Positions 13,456-26,949 of a DNA stretch of 64,000 bases are shown piece by piece. The position numbers and the translations under genes were made by a program. The notes under the pieces were generated by a model. The model did not search any database and had not been told where the DNA came from. It was given only the letters and a program-made list of their open reading frames with translations. This DNA is from Lama guanicoe (lineage: Eukaryota). The number at the start of each line of letters is the position of its first letter. Position 1 is the stretch's first letter. Location of the stretch: the NCBI GenBank assembly GCA_013239625.1, contig MU053652.1:1302001-1366000 (forward strand), given 5' to 3'.

Positions 13456-16359
13456 CATCTCCCTGCCAGCAGCCAACTCAATATTTTTAATGTAATAGAT
13501 CTTTTTTGAATATGGTAGCTAGTAAGACCTTAACTTGTTATGAATTGCTAAGCCAGTCTTTATTAGAATCAAACCTGGAAGTTGTCTCAGAGTGAATGAG
13601 CTTTAGTTAGTGCAGGAAGTATAGACAAAACTTGACTTAAATCTTAACTGTGTTGTCTTAAGTCTCTTCTGCATTCTGGTTCTCTGTTGTTTGCTCACAT
13701 ACCTACATGGAATGCGTATATTGTTTTTTCTTCTTAAAAAATGCTTATAGGTGTATGATTTAATTTGATTTTTTAAAAGGGAGGTAGTGGGCAGGGATTA
13801 CCAGCTCCATATTTTTAGATGTAGAAACTAAGGTTCATAGCACTTAAGTGAACCAAGAAGAATGTAGAGTGTAACATGTAGAAAAGATCCACATTGCAGT
13901 TGAAAAGTTAAATAAAGAGATAATTTCCTGTATAATACAGATATTTAGTTACAAGAGGAGAATTTTGAGGGGATTACCTTCTCCTAGTATGTGTAGGAGT
14001 ATGATATGGAAGATTACTACTGGCGCTTTTCTGGCTACATCTGAGTATGGGATTAGTTTTTTTCCCCCTCGAGGATTCAATTTCAGCAGGAGGGATTTAG
14101 TTTAAAGACGGGAACTAGTTCTGGTAGAAGGAAAGTCTATTGGTTAATCTTCTCTGTGGGATTGTATAGAACAGTTTTAGATTCTGTCCAGATTTAGAAT
14201 AATAAACTAGCCAACCAAGTGCAAAGTTCTATAGTTATATGTATTGATTTTATTCTTTTTAAAAAAATAACAGTGGAATCATAAACTTGGATGCAGCCTG
14301 TAGCGTTTGATTGCACTCAAAATAAATTGCATTCTTAGACTTTACTGTAAGTAATTTCCTTCCATGTTCTTTTCGTTCTATAGGGAAAATAAAGAATGGT
14401 GATACGAAATAATGTAGAAAGAGGCTCCTAACAAAGTTTCACTCCTCTCAGTTTATATCCTTTCCTACTGAGTGATTTAGTTATTGTTCCTAATTCACCA
14501 AAAGAACACTTTAATAGTAGACCCAGACAGCAGTAAACAAAGGCCTTAGGGTGAAGAGGGGAAGAGGAGATGATGGGATTAAAAGTTAGAGGTGTGTGAA
14601 ATTCAGGGATAAGAAGTACTGTTTAACTAAATCATTAGGAAATAATTAGAAAAATAGATAATCAGACAAGAGACTTAAAAATCTACTGTCAGGGGGAGCC
14701 TCAGGAATTCATTGGTCTGTCACTCATTTGTGTTAATTCTGCAGTGTGAGATTTCAGAATGACATTGCTAGTTTTGACTTATCAGAGAACATTTGACTTT
14801 CTGTGAAAAACTAGCTTTTTTTATATCTCACCATGAAACACCGTTAATTTTACGTGTGTCAACTAGATTGTGTTCTTCGTAACTCTTTGTTCTTCCATGC
14901 TCACAAAATCAAAAAGTAGAGAATTAATTTAAAAATTGGCGAGGCATCAATATGAGCAAATATTAAGAGAACTAAGGATGCATTTGCTAAATCAGGAATA
15001 GGGAATTTTTTTCTTTAAAGTGCTGCTAATTATCTGGAAGGAACAAAGAGAAATCAGACCACCAGTAAGGAGGTGGGGATGAGAATCAAAATTAGGGATT
15101 TTTAGAGTCAGAAATATGTAAATACTCAGCTTGACCTCTTTGGAACTTCAAAACAAAACCCCTCTAATCCAACACATACATTTTAAGCTCCAGGCCAGGA
15201 TAAAAAGTGAAGAAGTAAAAATGAGAAAGAAAAAATGAACAAAGAGAAAAAAGAGAGATGAGAAGAAATTCCTGACAAGTGGAAAGACAGAGGAAGGAGG
15301 GAAAGAATATGTCATAAAGTCCAAAAGAAACCCCAGGGGAAAAAGAATGAGGGAGCCATAGAAGTTGTTCCCATCCACCCTCAACATGCCGGTTCCAGCA
15401 CTTTCTTAGGCTTCCTGGCCCACGCTCTGCCCTGCAATGTGGCTATGTCTGCTTGAAGATTTGTCAGAATTGTCGTTTTCCTGACCCTGTGTTTCCCTCT
15501 GTCTTACTTGAGGTCCTCTCCACAGCTTTGGTTCCTTGCTGCTCTCTCCCCATTGATGCCCCTGAAAGCCTGTGGGGTACGCTGGACTTCAGAGTGTCTT
15601 TTGTTGAATTTTTATTTCTCTTCTCTGTTTTAGCACTCACACACATCCTTCCAAGTAGGGTGCACTGGGGTTGGCATACCTGCACCCCTTCCTCTTACTT
15701 TCAGACTTGGTGCTTTGAGAACATTTGAAGGCTGTTGTCTGGAAAAGGAAAAAGTTTTTGTATTTCATTGTAATTTAGGACGTGTCTGTCACAACAAATA
15801 AACCAGATCATACCATTTAAGTTTAATAATTCTTTTCCCCATTCTGTGAGGAAATATGTTTCCCATTGAATACACACACAATAGCACTAATTTTGGGAGC
15901 ACCTTGATGAACACAATTATATGCTCAGGCCTAGATGACTGAGGTTGTGATAGTGTTTCTGGATGTTTGAGGCATGAGTAGAGATCACTCTGCAAATCAG
16001 CTGACACACATAACCCCTTTCTCTGGTTGGATGCTACATCCTAGATTAATCAGAAGTTAGCTTTTTGCTGTATATAGCCCTGATTTTCATCCAAATGTCC
16101 TTTGAAATACATTGTTCAAAAACACTCATATCTGGCTGGGTTTGCAACTCCACCGGCATGATCTCACTCTGTAGTTGCTTCCAAGCCGGTCACAGCTGTG
16201 TCACATTGTTGTTGATTATCTTCCAGACTTGTCTTTAAAGACTTTCTCCCCTTCCCTGTGCTGCTGGCCACCTGGCCTGACTGGGGTGTCCCTCGCAGAT
16301 TCTGCTGTCATTCATTAGGGAACTATTTAGGTACGCCCTGGGTATCGCCAGTCCTTCCT

Positions 16360-16670
16360 TGAATGCTCCCTGCTCTCCCACCATTAGGGATTCATATTCT
16401 CTTCCTTGAACCTGGAGTACTTTCTCTTGTCTGATACAGCTACTCAGCTTCTCAGACTCATCTCAAAGTTGACCTCCCCAGCAAATCCTTTTCTGACTCC
16501 ATAGGCATGATGTCCTTCTTCTCTGAAGCTCTATGCCACCTTTATCATCGTATTATATTGTGATGTTTGAAATGATTTTTATGCCCCTCATTAGATTTCT
16601 AGATCCTTGAAACTGGGTTTGTCATCACTGACATGCTGAATGCAGTTACCAAAGATTGATTAACTTGAGG
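16360..16670 (+). mobile_element. LINE-2 3' region
   Basis: tactcagcttctcagactcatctcaaagttgacctccccagcaaatccttttctgac...cattagatttctagatccttgaaa. Confidence 0.55.
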
Positions 16671-16959
16671 AGAGGCCAAATCTCTGGCCTGGTTGAAGCA
16701 GAGGAAATGCAGGATCAGTCCCTTCCCTTTGGTTGGAAGCTCAACATTTTCATTCTTTGGCCTCCTTTATCATGTGTATTTGGTATAGCTGTGGTCTCGA
16801 TTTATCAGCATTCTGGGATTTTTATCACATAGTGGACAGTGTCATTTGTTGTGATGCCAAGTTGTTTACTGTGCTTGTGTGCTCTTCAGCAGAACCTGGT
16901 GGTGTCATCACGGAGGTTACACTTTTTAAAATATGTATAAAGATTAAAATGTTTTATAA

Positions 16960-17075
16960 ATATTAACCCATGTAGTCTCGTTAAAGCCTTATGAGGAGGT
17001 ACTATTAATACTCCCATTTTATGGATGAAGAAACTAATGCACAGAGAGTTTAAAGTAATCCTTGAAATCCCAGTA
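16960..17075 (-). mobile_element. MIR SINE core
   Basis: ccttatgaggaggtactattaatactcccattttatggatgaagaaactaatgcacagagag. Confidence 0.8.
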
Positions 17076-17184
17076 GTTCATGGGAAGAGAAAGTTGAGGA
17101 ATAAAGAGTATACTTTAGGTAAACCTACCTGTATCTCTCAGGAACCTGAACAATGTAGATGATACTGGAGCCAGGGAAGTCTTA

Positions 17185-17310
17185 GCATTCATCCATCTGT
17201 CTATCCATTCATCAAACCTATGTGGAGTGTCTGTTATATACTGGCCAGGCTCTGGTCCTATGGCAATCAGAAATAAGCCCATGTCCCCAGGGAGTTCACA
17301 GTCTACAGAT
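17185..17310 (-). mobile_element. LINE-2 3' end
   Basis: cattcatccat...gccaggctctggtcct...ccccagggagttcacagtcta. Confidence 0.65.
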
Positions 17311-17420
17311 TTCACTATTATTTTTATAGTTATTTATATGCTTATGTTATTTCTTGATATAAGTTTTTTTTTAAATAGGAAAACCTGTATTTGATTATTT
17401 TCTCATTCTTACTCCCACCC

Positions 17421-17993
17421 TGTGATGGGTAATTTTATGTGCCAGCTTAACTGAGCTAAAGGATACCCAGGTAGCTGATAAAGTTACTTCTGAGTGTGTC
17501 TATGAGGCTCTTTCTGGGAGAGATGAGCGTATTTGCTTCAGTACACTGAGATCTGTCCCTACTGGTGTGGTGGTCACTGTCCAATCCGTTGTGGTCCTGA
17601 ATGGAACAAAAAGGCGAGGGCAAGGCAAATTCTTTTCTTGAACTGGGACTTCCATTTCTTCCGCACTTAAACTTTGAAGCTCCTGGTTCTTGCACTTTCT
17701 GACTCCAGGACCTGCACCAGCACACCCTCCCCACATTCTCATACCTTTAGCCTCAGACTGGGAGTTACACCATCAGCTACCCTGGTTCTTAGGCCTTCAG
17801 ACTCAGGTTGAGTTACCCCACTGACTTTCCCATTCCTTTGTTTGCAGATGGCAGATTGTGGGTCTTCTTGGCTTTCATAACTGTGTGAACCAATTTCAGT
17901 AATAAATCTCCGTGTGTGTGTGTGTGCACGTGCGCGCGCACACGCACATGTGTTTCATCAGTTCTGTTTCATTGGAGAAACCTGACTAATACA
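17421..17993 (+). mobile_element. Solo ERVL LTR, MLT2 family
   Basis: TG...CA ends; starts tgtgatgggtaattttatgtgccagcttaactgagctaa, has aataaatctc followed by a dinucleotide tract, ends ggagaaacctgactaataca. Confidence 0.88.
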
Positions 17994-18189
17994 TCCCTAA
18001 GCAGCAGCACTCTGTACAATGCTTCATACATAGGAGTTTCTCTATAACTGTTGCTGAGTGAATGATGTGCTGTAGGCTGCTGGTGCCATGAGAAGTGATA
18101 AAGAGGGGTGGTCAGGAGAGCCTGGCATGGCTTTGTAGAGAAGGTGATAAAGGTAGTTGCATAATAATAAAGGAGTGCCTGATAAAAAA

Positions 18190-18440
18190 ACTACCTTGGC
18201 CATTTATTGGCCATGTGACTTGGCAAATTCTTTTCACTTCTGTGACCCTTAGCGTGCTCTTCTGTAAAATCGGGGTGATAATTTTGACAGAGTTTGCTTA
18301 TTTTACTATTTCTGTCTATGCTATGCAGTATTCTAGGCATAGGTTTGAGAATTTTAGTCCTGGTGTTGTTTTGAGAGTTAAATGCTATAGTTAATATGAA
18401 AGAACTTTATAAACTCTTCAAGTGCTGTATAACTGTTACT
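18190..18440 (+). mobile_element. MIR SINE (interrupted)
   Basis: ggccatgtgacttggcaaattcttttcacttctgtgacccttagcgtgctcttctgtaaaatcggggtgataat. Confidence 0.65.
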
Positions 18441-19108
18441 TTTTATTAATCTTTGTTACTAGAAATGGCTTTCCCCAAACTTATGAGTTCAGGGATCTAT
18501 CCCTTTCATCTGCCTTCCATTTTTTGGAATTGTCTACAGAAGCCTAAAGGAGTCAGCCTGGCCTGGACCCAGCACCCAGGACTAGGGTTTATGCTTCCCA
18601 CCTCTTGGGGCATCTTAACCATCTGTTGAAAAGATTGACCTCTTCATTGTAGTAGAGTCTAGAATTTTAATTTTTCAATCATACCTTAGAAACCCAAGTC
18701 AGATGTTAAAGGATACTTTTAAGATCAGAAAGCTAATTAAATGATGAGTTAAGAACAGCATACAGGTGATCTTGATTCACACTTTAAAGGTGGCATACTA
18801 AACAACATGACAGTGAAATATCTGAACAAATATTTAAGTTAAGACACTTAAAAATTTATATGTAAGATTTATATTATGTTTTTTCTAAGGTTGGGAATTT
18901 TATATAGTAATCTTTTGTTGAGGGTAAAGGACTTAAACGTAATGTTCAACTGTAGCAAATTTGAACCTTTTGATGGAAAGACATGATACTTATGTTGAAC
19001 TGGACATAGGGAATACTCCGGTTATATTTTTGCATGTGATGGCAGCATAATTCTCTTAAATACCAGATTTTTAACCATAGACTGACACTAGTGGTTAAAA
19101 TAATTCCT

Positions 19109-19327
19109 ATGGTGATGATAGTTAATAATATCATATTGTATATATGAAAGTTGCCAAGAGTAGATCTTAAAAGTTATCATCATGAGGAAAAAATTTTGTA
19201 ACTAGGTGTAGCGAAGAATGTTCACTAGACTTACTGTGATTATTTCACAGTAGATAAAAATACTGTATCATTATGTTGTGCACCTGAAACTAATATAATG
19301 TCAATTATACGTCCATAAAAAAGAAAA
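19109..19327 (+). mobile_element. LINE-1 3' end (L1MA-like)
   Basis: atagttaataatatcatattgtatatatgaaagttgccaagagtagatcttaaaagtt ... cacctgaaactaatataatgtcaattata followed by an A-rich tail. Confidence 0.88.
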
Positions 19328-19689
19328 TTCCTCATACCTCATGATATATCTCAATTTTTCTCCTTTTTCATTAATTATAGTTTCCTCTTTAATTTTATTT
19401 GAAGAATAAGGGTATTTGACATCTTAAATGTATTTCCATGTTACATGGTTTCTTCTTGGAGATTTTCTGTGCATGGCTAAAGGCATGCATTGTGTTGATT
19501 CTTGTACTTCTCCCCTGCATGGTGGAGCATGGTTTTTGTTCTTTCAGTTTTGTGGTTCACTGTCCTCTCACTAGGATTTATGAATTTACTTTAGACAGTA
19601 TTTAGAAAGTGCTGGCAGAAATGTAACTGCCATTCAGCACACGTGGGCCTCTATTATTCACACCCGGGTCCTTTCAATAGCCCCCTTAG

Positions 19690-20160
19690 TGGTTCCCCCA
19701 CTGGCATCCTCCCTCTTTCTAATCCATCCTATACACCAAGATTAATCTTCCTAAAATACTGTTTTCACTACACTCAGAAACCTTTAGAGGCCCCCCGATG
19801 GCCTGCAGGATGAAGTCCAGACCTCTTAGCCAGACAGTTAAGTCTTCCTGTGGCCCAGTTCCCACTTACATTCTGCCCTCTTAACTGTAATTCCCTCTTC
19901 AACTGTTAGACTTGCTGAGGCCTCCTGCCATCCCTCCTCTGGACCTCTGTTTATTGTCCCTTTCCTTGCAGTGGCCTTTGACCCTGTCTTGTCCCATCTA
20001 AATCCTACTCATCTAGCTTTCACATTCCAGTCCTGCTGATCCAATCCTTTCTTTCCCTTTTAATGTTCATTGTCCTTATCATATGTTATCTTTTATTATG
20101 GTTATTCATACAGCCTGTGTGCTGCCCTCCACCCCAATTTGTAAATTCTTAAAAAACATA
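19690..20160 (+). mobile_element. LINE-2 fragment
   Basis: aatccatcctatacaccaagattaatcttcctaaaatac...caggatgaagtccagacctcttagcc. Confidence 0.65.
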
Positions 20161-23100
20161 GCATTTATAGACAGAAATGGATCATTGCTAGTTTTGTAGT
20201 TCTCTGTGTTACTTGGAGCTTTAGGATTTTGGTTTATGGTCATTGAGTGAGATGCAGTTGACAAGTTATTCATTGTATTCTGCTGTGTTTGGTGAGGATT
20301 CTTATAAAATAGGTTTCATTGAATGCTTGTCGAGTGAATGAACAGATACATTAAATTAATTTTGTTCTTCAGATGGGTTAATTACTTTAGCGTTAAACTT
20401 ACTCTGTTAGCTTGTATATGGGGTTTGGTTTACTCAGAATGTCCAAAGTCACTTAAGGACTGTCGTGAATTGCCTAATCCGCTTAGATTATGCTGTATAC
20501 TTACGTAGGGCTGAGGAAGTTAGTGGCCAGGTCTTTCTATCAGACAAATTGGGAAAGTTCTCTGAAGTGTTCCAGGAACTCTTTGGAGAATAGATCAATT
20601 AACGGTTTTATGTTGCATTTGATCTCTTGAAGATGCAGGCCACCTCAGGTGACGGAAAGCTCCAGGAGGGCAGAATAGGGCAAGACCAGCTAAACAGTGT
20701 TTCTACAAATACTCAGCCAGTTGTCAGCTCTTCCTTGATCGTGTCATCATTACTGCTTGTATTCATCTGACACCAGACTACAAGAGTAAAGGAAAAAGAC
20801 AGGGAGACTTGGGAGGGAATTCCTTCAGTGCTTAAGCCAGAGTTGTCATGCTGCAGGGACAGTGTCTGGTTTTAATGATCTCATGTGTCATTTGCAGTTT
20901 ATTATTAGTAAAATAAAAACCTATTTCTTAGAACTTTTTTTTTATTTTTGAGAAGATTATGAAATGTCACTTAAGCTCTTCTTTCAGGAAAGTGGTGGAG
21001 AGGGGTGTTAACTTGTTAAATGTCATTACACTGCTTGTTTTCAGTTTCAGATTAATAGCAGGTGGTAGCCATTTTTCAAAGCAAACAGGCTGTCTTTTCG
21101 TTCAGTTAGAAAAAAGCACTAATTCTTTATTGGAGCCTGGAATATTCTCTGCAAGGGTCACAAGACACTTCAAAAAATAGAAAAGCTGGTTAATATTGTA
21201 AATTTCTAAAGGACCAAGCCAGAGCTTTCAGCAAAATATTTCTTTTCCCATACTAAATAAGTTACACATCTTGGTGTTTATGCTTAATGTATATATCTAT
21301 TACTTAATGAATATATTTTCATGCAGCTCTTTTGATTTGTGGTCTGTAATATCTTCATCCACTTCTGCAGTGCTCATCTCAGATAGTAAATGCCCCTGGA
21401 AAGGAATTGCATCTTAGAACTCTGTAGATGATCACCCATGTAAATTATGCTTTATAACGTGCTTTTTTTTCCCCCCTGGTGGGGAGGGTGTTGGGGAGGA
21501 AGGTGTTAGTGATGTTAGGTTTGGAATAATAATAATTTTTTTTCTTGGATTCATTTTTCTTATTCATAGGCGAGTTTTTAAAGAATATCTGAGATATTTT
21601 TTAATATACCAATGTTAAAAGTGAGTCAAGATAACCTGTATTCTATTCTTAACTCATAACTAACTAGCTTTATGGTCTTATGAAAGTAGAGCTATCGCAG
21701 AATTAAGATCTTTAACATCTGAGGACCATAGATTGTAAGGCACATTCCTGCTTCAGATGTATACGATTCTTCATTCTTTGTATTTTTGATAGCTGATAAG
21801 TGTGGTATCAAATGTCTTTCATGGTTTGTCATTGAGATCATCACTTTACGTGCATTATACTTGCACTTGGCTTAAGAGGGTTTGAGGGTGGGGGTCACTT
21901 TCCTCTGAGCTGGTGTCTGATCACTTAGCTTCTCAGTCTGAACTGTTGCTGGGAGCTTTCTAGAGTGTGATCAAATGATGGATGAGTGAAAATCATACTC
22001 ACAGGAGGACGATTGTTAAGCCAGAAAGATAATATATAATTAAAATGATAGCCATAACCGTAAAGCAGGCAGGATACCATGTTAAATAGTTAATAATAAT
22101 ATTCTGACTTCCCAGCAGGTGAAACCAAATCAAAATCACAAGGTTGCTTTTTATTTCTTGGGTCTAAACCTAGGGAGGGATCTGCCTGATGAGCTCTAGA
22201 GGGAAGAGCCAGAAACTGTTTTCATGACACAGCTCTTCCGGTTGTGAATTTCAGGCAAGTCTCTCATCTGCAACTGTTTAGTTAACTGTAAAAAATAATG
22301 AATAAGTAAGCAAATAAACAAAGAGGGTGTAGTGAAGCTTTCTAATGTGATTTCATTGCTGTGTCCTGAGATTTTCCTAATGTGATTATGTAGTTTTAGG
22401 TCTTTAAAAGTGATATAGGATGTTAAAAATTATAAGTTGACAGTTAGATTATGTCCGTTTTTGAGTTGCTTGTCAGCAAACCTCTGGTGAAAGGCACTTC
22501 CCAGTGAGCCAGAGGTGTCTGGAATTTGATTCCAGGGTTCTCCGCTTCATATGGTCTTCTCATACCAGTGTACAAAGAGGGTTGAGAACAAGGCGAAGTC
22601 TAAGCTAGCCAGGCTCAATGAATGAGTCAGAAAGAGGTCTGATTCAGCATGGCCCCTCTGATAGGTAGTAATGGCTGTGTTCTCATCCCTCTACAACCAG
22701 CTTGATCTAGGAACCAAAGTGGCTTATTTACATCCTGTCCTTTCCATCTGTTGCTTTCCATTTGCATGATTCATGGTTTGGGTTCATTCTCTTTCCATTC
22801 CTCTCCAGGACTTCTTTCCCATCTTGCTTTGTTCAAGCTTAAGTTTGTCATTAGTTTTTCCCATGATCTCATCTCTTCATCTCTTTTCCTTGGTCAGGTA
22901 AGCTGGAGGCTTTGTGCAGGGGCTAAAGATTTTTTTAAATCCCCTCACTATTAGGTTTGGGGAAAAATGGGATGTCATCAAGGGCTGGGTACTCCTTATA
23001 CTTTGATTACCAGTGGCAATTGCTGAGGATATTTTAAAATAGAATTTTTGTCCTTCTAATGCTTTTACAATTTCAGTTCTTGGTGTACAGTGGAGTCACA

Positions 23101-24429
23101 TCTTACTTAAGAATTTAGTTTTAGCATCAGCATGTGAATTGTCTTTGCCAGTTATACCTTAGTAAAGCTAAAAATTAAAAGTAAAATCCGCATGTGAAGC
23201 AAGGATTCTCTTTGTTCAGTTTTATCCTTAAGAGTCCAGTATTCTGTTTTTCTCTGTTTATTGGGTCAGTAGATTCCTTTGGTTGAGTGCTAGATGAAAT
23301 GTTGGCTTCTGTTTAAGGGTTTTGTGAATGAAAACTGTCTTGAGCTGCTAGCATCTCATTCCCTAGGAAGGGCTGGGGCATGCGAGAGACGAGACAGGCT
23401 GGGGGTAGGACTGTCCCAGGCTTCCATGTGGATGGATGAGACCCTGCACACTGCCTAGATTTCTCTCTCTCTCTCCTCTTCCACCTGAGTAGTTGGAGTT
23501 GTGTAAGCTAAGTGTGTATGTGATGTAGTCCCGCTGTACTGTCCTCGCTAAAGCACTATAAATGAGAGGAGGATGCCCAATTTTCTGACCATAGTCAGTT
23601 TTTGGTAGAAAATGAGAGCTAATGGGATTTGGTTAGCAGCAGTGAGTTAAACTTCTTTTAGAAAATTGTCCATTTCACCTTCAGTCTACTCTTGGAATCT
23701 GCCAGGTGATGTTAGGTTCAGGAAACGGTACAGTGAATACTGCTGAGTGACAGAGAGCAGGCGAAGTCCCTGTCACTTCACCAGCGGTTGCAAGCCCACC
23801 AGCGGTGCCAAGTCAGGCAGAGAGGAAGAGGCTGCCTCTGGCAGCCAGGTGTCACGTATGCATGGTTATTTGCAAATGTGGTTTAATGTGTGCTTGTAGC
23901 ATCCTAGTGATTTGGCAGCAGAACATACGCATTTACTGAATCTCCTCTGGCCTGGCTGTAGAGTAGATTCAAAATGAATAATAGAAGAAATGTTGTGGTG
24001 AATATAATGCATAAAATGTGAATGTTAGAGAACTCTTTGGTATTATTTAGGCCATCTCCTTAAATTTGACTAAGAAGAAGACCCCCAAAGGTTAAGTAAC
24101 TTGCTTGAGATCATCATGAATTAGTAGTCGCAATGGAATGAAAGCTTTAATTGTCTGATGACTGTTTTTGTTGATTTTACTACTATGCAGAACTTCTGGA
24201 TGAAATTGTATTCCATAGGTAGACTTGGATTTACTCCGCCTAGCTTACACAAGAGAAGCAGTTCTAAAGGGAATCATTATACACAAACAGATAGAAACTC
24301 ATTGGTGTTGGCTGGTTTACTTTCTGTTTGAACTGGAAGCTGAAGTTCAAGACCTGCTCAAAGTTGGTTGTTAGCCTCCTTTGTTTTGTGTTAATTGGCA
24401 AGTCAGATTACAGGGCAGCTGTGAGAACG

Positions 24430-24820
24430 TGCCCTTCAGCTCTCTCTTTGAGGGGAGTGTGTCTGTGGAGGGTGCAGTTAGGGGAAAGCCTCAAGCTGCT
24501 GCCACGTGGGGGTCCGCCAATCCCCACCGCAGTGCTGACTGACACTACGTGGCAGTTCTAGACCTGGGCCATTCTGCTTGACACAGGATTCCTCTCATGG
24601 GCAGGCTCTGTGCTCTGGCTCCCCACCGGCTTGGCCAAGGTTTTCTCCAAGACGCACTATTGTCTCCTTCCTTCCTCCATCATAGGTGTCAGACCTGCCG
24701 TGTCGTGGAGGGCTCTCCCTGTCCTCACCTGCTCCTGCTTTCCTTTGTCCTCCCCTAGTAAGTCTCTCATACTTCTGCTTCTGTCTCAGCATCTGCATCC
24801 CAGAGGACCTGAACTGGTAT
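24430..24820 (+). mobile_element. Old ERVL-type LTR (LTR16/LTR33-like)
   Basis: GC-richer block ending ttctgtctcagcatctgcatcccagaggacctgaact, similar to these LTR 3' ends. Confidence 0.5.
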
Positions 24821-26721
24821 GCTCCGTGTTTTTGAAGACACCTTTAAGGATATTCTGCACTAACTGTTAAGGACATCTTTTTATAAATCTCTTCATGTTA
24901 AGTAGTGTTGGAAAAAACTACAAATGTTTGATTAGTCATTTTTACATTATATTCCTTTGTCAAACCAACATGTCAGGGAGTGATGTTAAGTGTACTGCTG
25001 TCAAGATGTCGGGGTCCCAGAACCAGCTCTCTCCCTGACCTTCGAGAATTCCCTCTGTCAGCAAGGAGCTTAGAGCCTGCTGCCTATAAAATGAGCTGGA
25101 TGATCCCTGGATGTTTTTCCAGCTCCGAATGTGAAGTAGATTGCAAGAGAAGAGATTGACTCTGGCCAATTGGTTTTAATAGTGTGAACATTAAATCTAA
25201 ATTTACATTGAACAAATACAAGTTACTATAAAGAAAAGGAATTCAGAAGTTGTGCAGGAATTGTCCCCTGTTGTTGTCCAATTTATTTGTGAGATCAGTG
25301 ACACCAAATACCTTGGCGTAGATAGTACAGTTTAACTAGCATCTCTGTGTTAGAGTGCTTCCGAGATTTTTAATCTCCATGGTAAAACAAGATTATATGT
25401 AAGTGCCTGGAAGTGGAAGTATTATTCCCCACAATATGGAATAAGAAGAGACATTTTAGTGTAATTGCAACTTAGGTTACATAATTCTAAATGCCTTTCC
25501 ACTCTACAGCCTATCAGCTGCGGTCTAGAATTGAGACCACTCTGCTTTTACATGTAATGGTAACATTCAATGGTTTATAGTACCAATCTGTTCTGCAGCT
25601 GAATTTGATAATAAAAGCCCCTTCCTGCTCTAAGTCCTTGTAATCACACCGTAATTTTATTGAATATGGCCCTTTTTACTATGTTTTCTCTTTCAATTAT
25701 AATTTTTATCCTTAAAGTTTCTGAGCTTACTAATGACTCTGAGACATTTTATTTTATTCCTTATTCCTTTATAGAACCTGGTCTTCTGGAACTTTGTTTT
25801 CTATGCAGTTGCTGAATTTAATTATACATGGTGTTTTAGACTTGATCCATGTTTACATTCACTTGGTATTTTATAAACATAGGAGCTAAAGCTACTGTCT
25901 TTAGAGAAGACAAAAACTGCATGTTTGAGAACTCTGAAACCCTAGCAGTTCATTTCACTTTTGATTCAGCATTTATTTATTGTTTCTTATGTGCTGTGTA
26001 TCATGATGGGTGTTCTTTTTTTAAACGGCTGTTAGGAGAGGAGCACAGCATATGTGACACTGAGCTGATGAGGTGATACGTTTCAGCACCTTTCATGTTG
26101 AAATTTCATGTTGGAATATCATGTTGCTTTGTAACATGAAACTTGTAAATTATAATGAAATCACAATATGCCTGTTCTTAGGAATGATCTATAAAATATT
26201 TAACAACAGGTTTGGCATTGTCACTGCCCAAGCAGAACAAATGTTGCACAGCTAGTACCAGTGCATGTCAGTTCTGTCTGAACTGAACATCCTATCCATG
26301 GATTCAGAATCTTATATGTTATATGGACATTAATTCTGTTTTGCAGGGAGGCATACAAAAGATAGGGCTTAGGTACCTGTTTTATGCTTTTCCTGTTTAG
26401 TTTAAAAATAATTAAAATTTCTTCTCTCATTGGGATGTTATTAACTGCTTTACATACATGGGAGCAACTCTTGTTGCTTTTCTACATTATACCTTTTCAG
26501 GCAGCCCTACAACCAGGTTATGGTGTGAACAAGCCTTCAGCCCAGTTCTACAATACATACTGACATTTACTCAAAAGACATTTATTAGTAAGCAGCTACA
26601 GAATTGTTCATACTACCTGCTCTGCACAACTCAGTGAAGTCCCAGCTGTCTGTTCTTAGTGCTCTTTGCAGGGAGGGGTCACTTGAGGCAGACAAGTTGC
26701 TTATAGTTGGCCTGAGACCAC

Positions 26722-26949
26722 CAAGTGGTTCTCAGCTAGGGGCAATTTTGCCTATGTCAGAGAACATTTTTGGCAATGTCGGAGAATATTTTTGGTTTTC
26801 CAGCTTTGTTGGGGGATAGGGCAGGTGGCACTACTGACTTCCTGGAGGCCCCGTATGCTACTAAACATTCTACAGTGTAGCGGACAGTTCTCCACAGCAA
26901 GGAAGCATCTAGCCCCAGATGTCCATAGTGCCAAAGGTCAGAATCTGTG
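26722..26949 (+). mobile_element. MER20 hAT-Charlie MITE
   Basis: agtggttctcagctaggggcaattttgcc...tttggcaatgtcggaga...tgctactaaacattctacagtg...gccccagatgtccatagtgccaaagg. Confidence 0.88.

Noticed and set aside
14383-14397. Second possible 15-nt microexon (tatAG|ggaaaataaagaatg|GTgata)
   Set aside because: In-frame TAA in phase 0, weak donor and no supporting homology
15200-15350. A/G-rich stretch as possible charged-residue coding sequence
   Set aside because: Low-complexity purine tract with no splice structure or homology recognised
23779-23810. Twice-repeated caccagcggt resembling a CTCF site
   Set aside because: Several mismatches in the CTCF core; a 10-bp repeat alone is not informative
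26501-26516. Possible 16-nt cryptic exon (ttttcAG|gcagccctacaaccag|GTtatg)
   Set aside because: Weak donor, frameshifting, expected by chance
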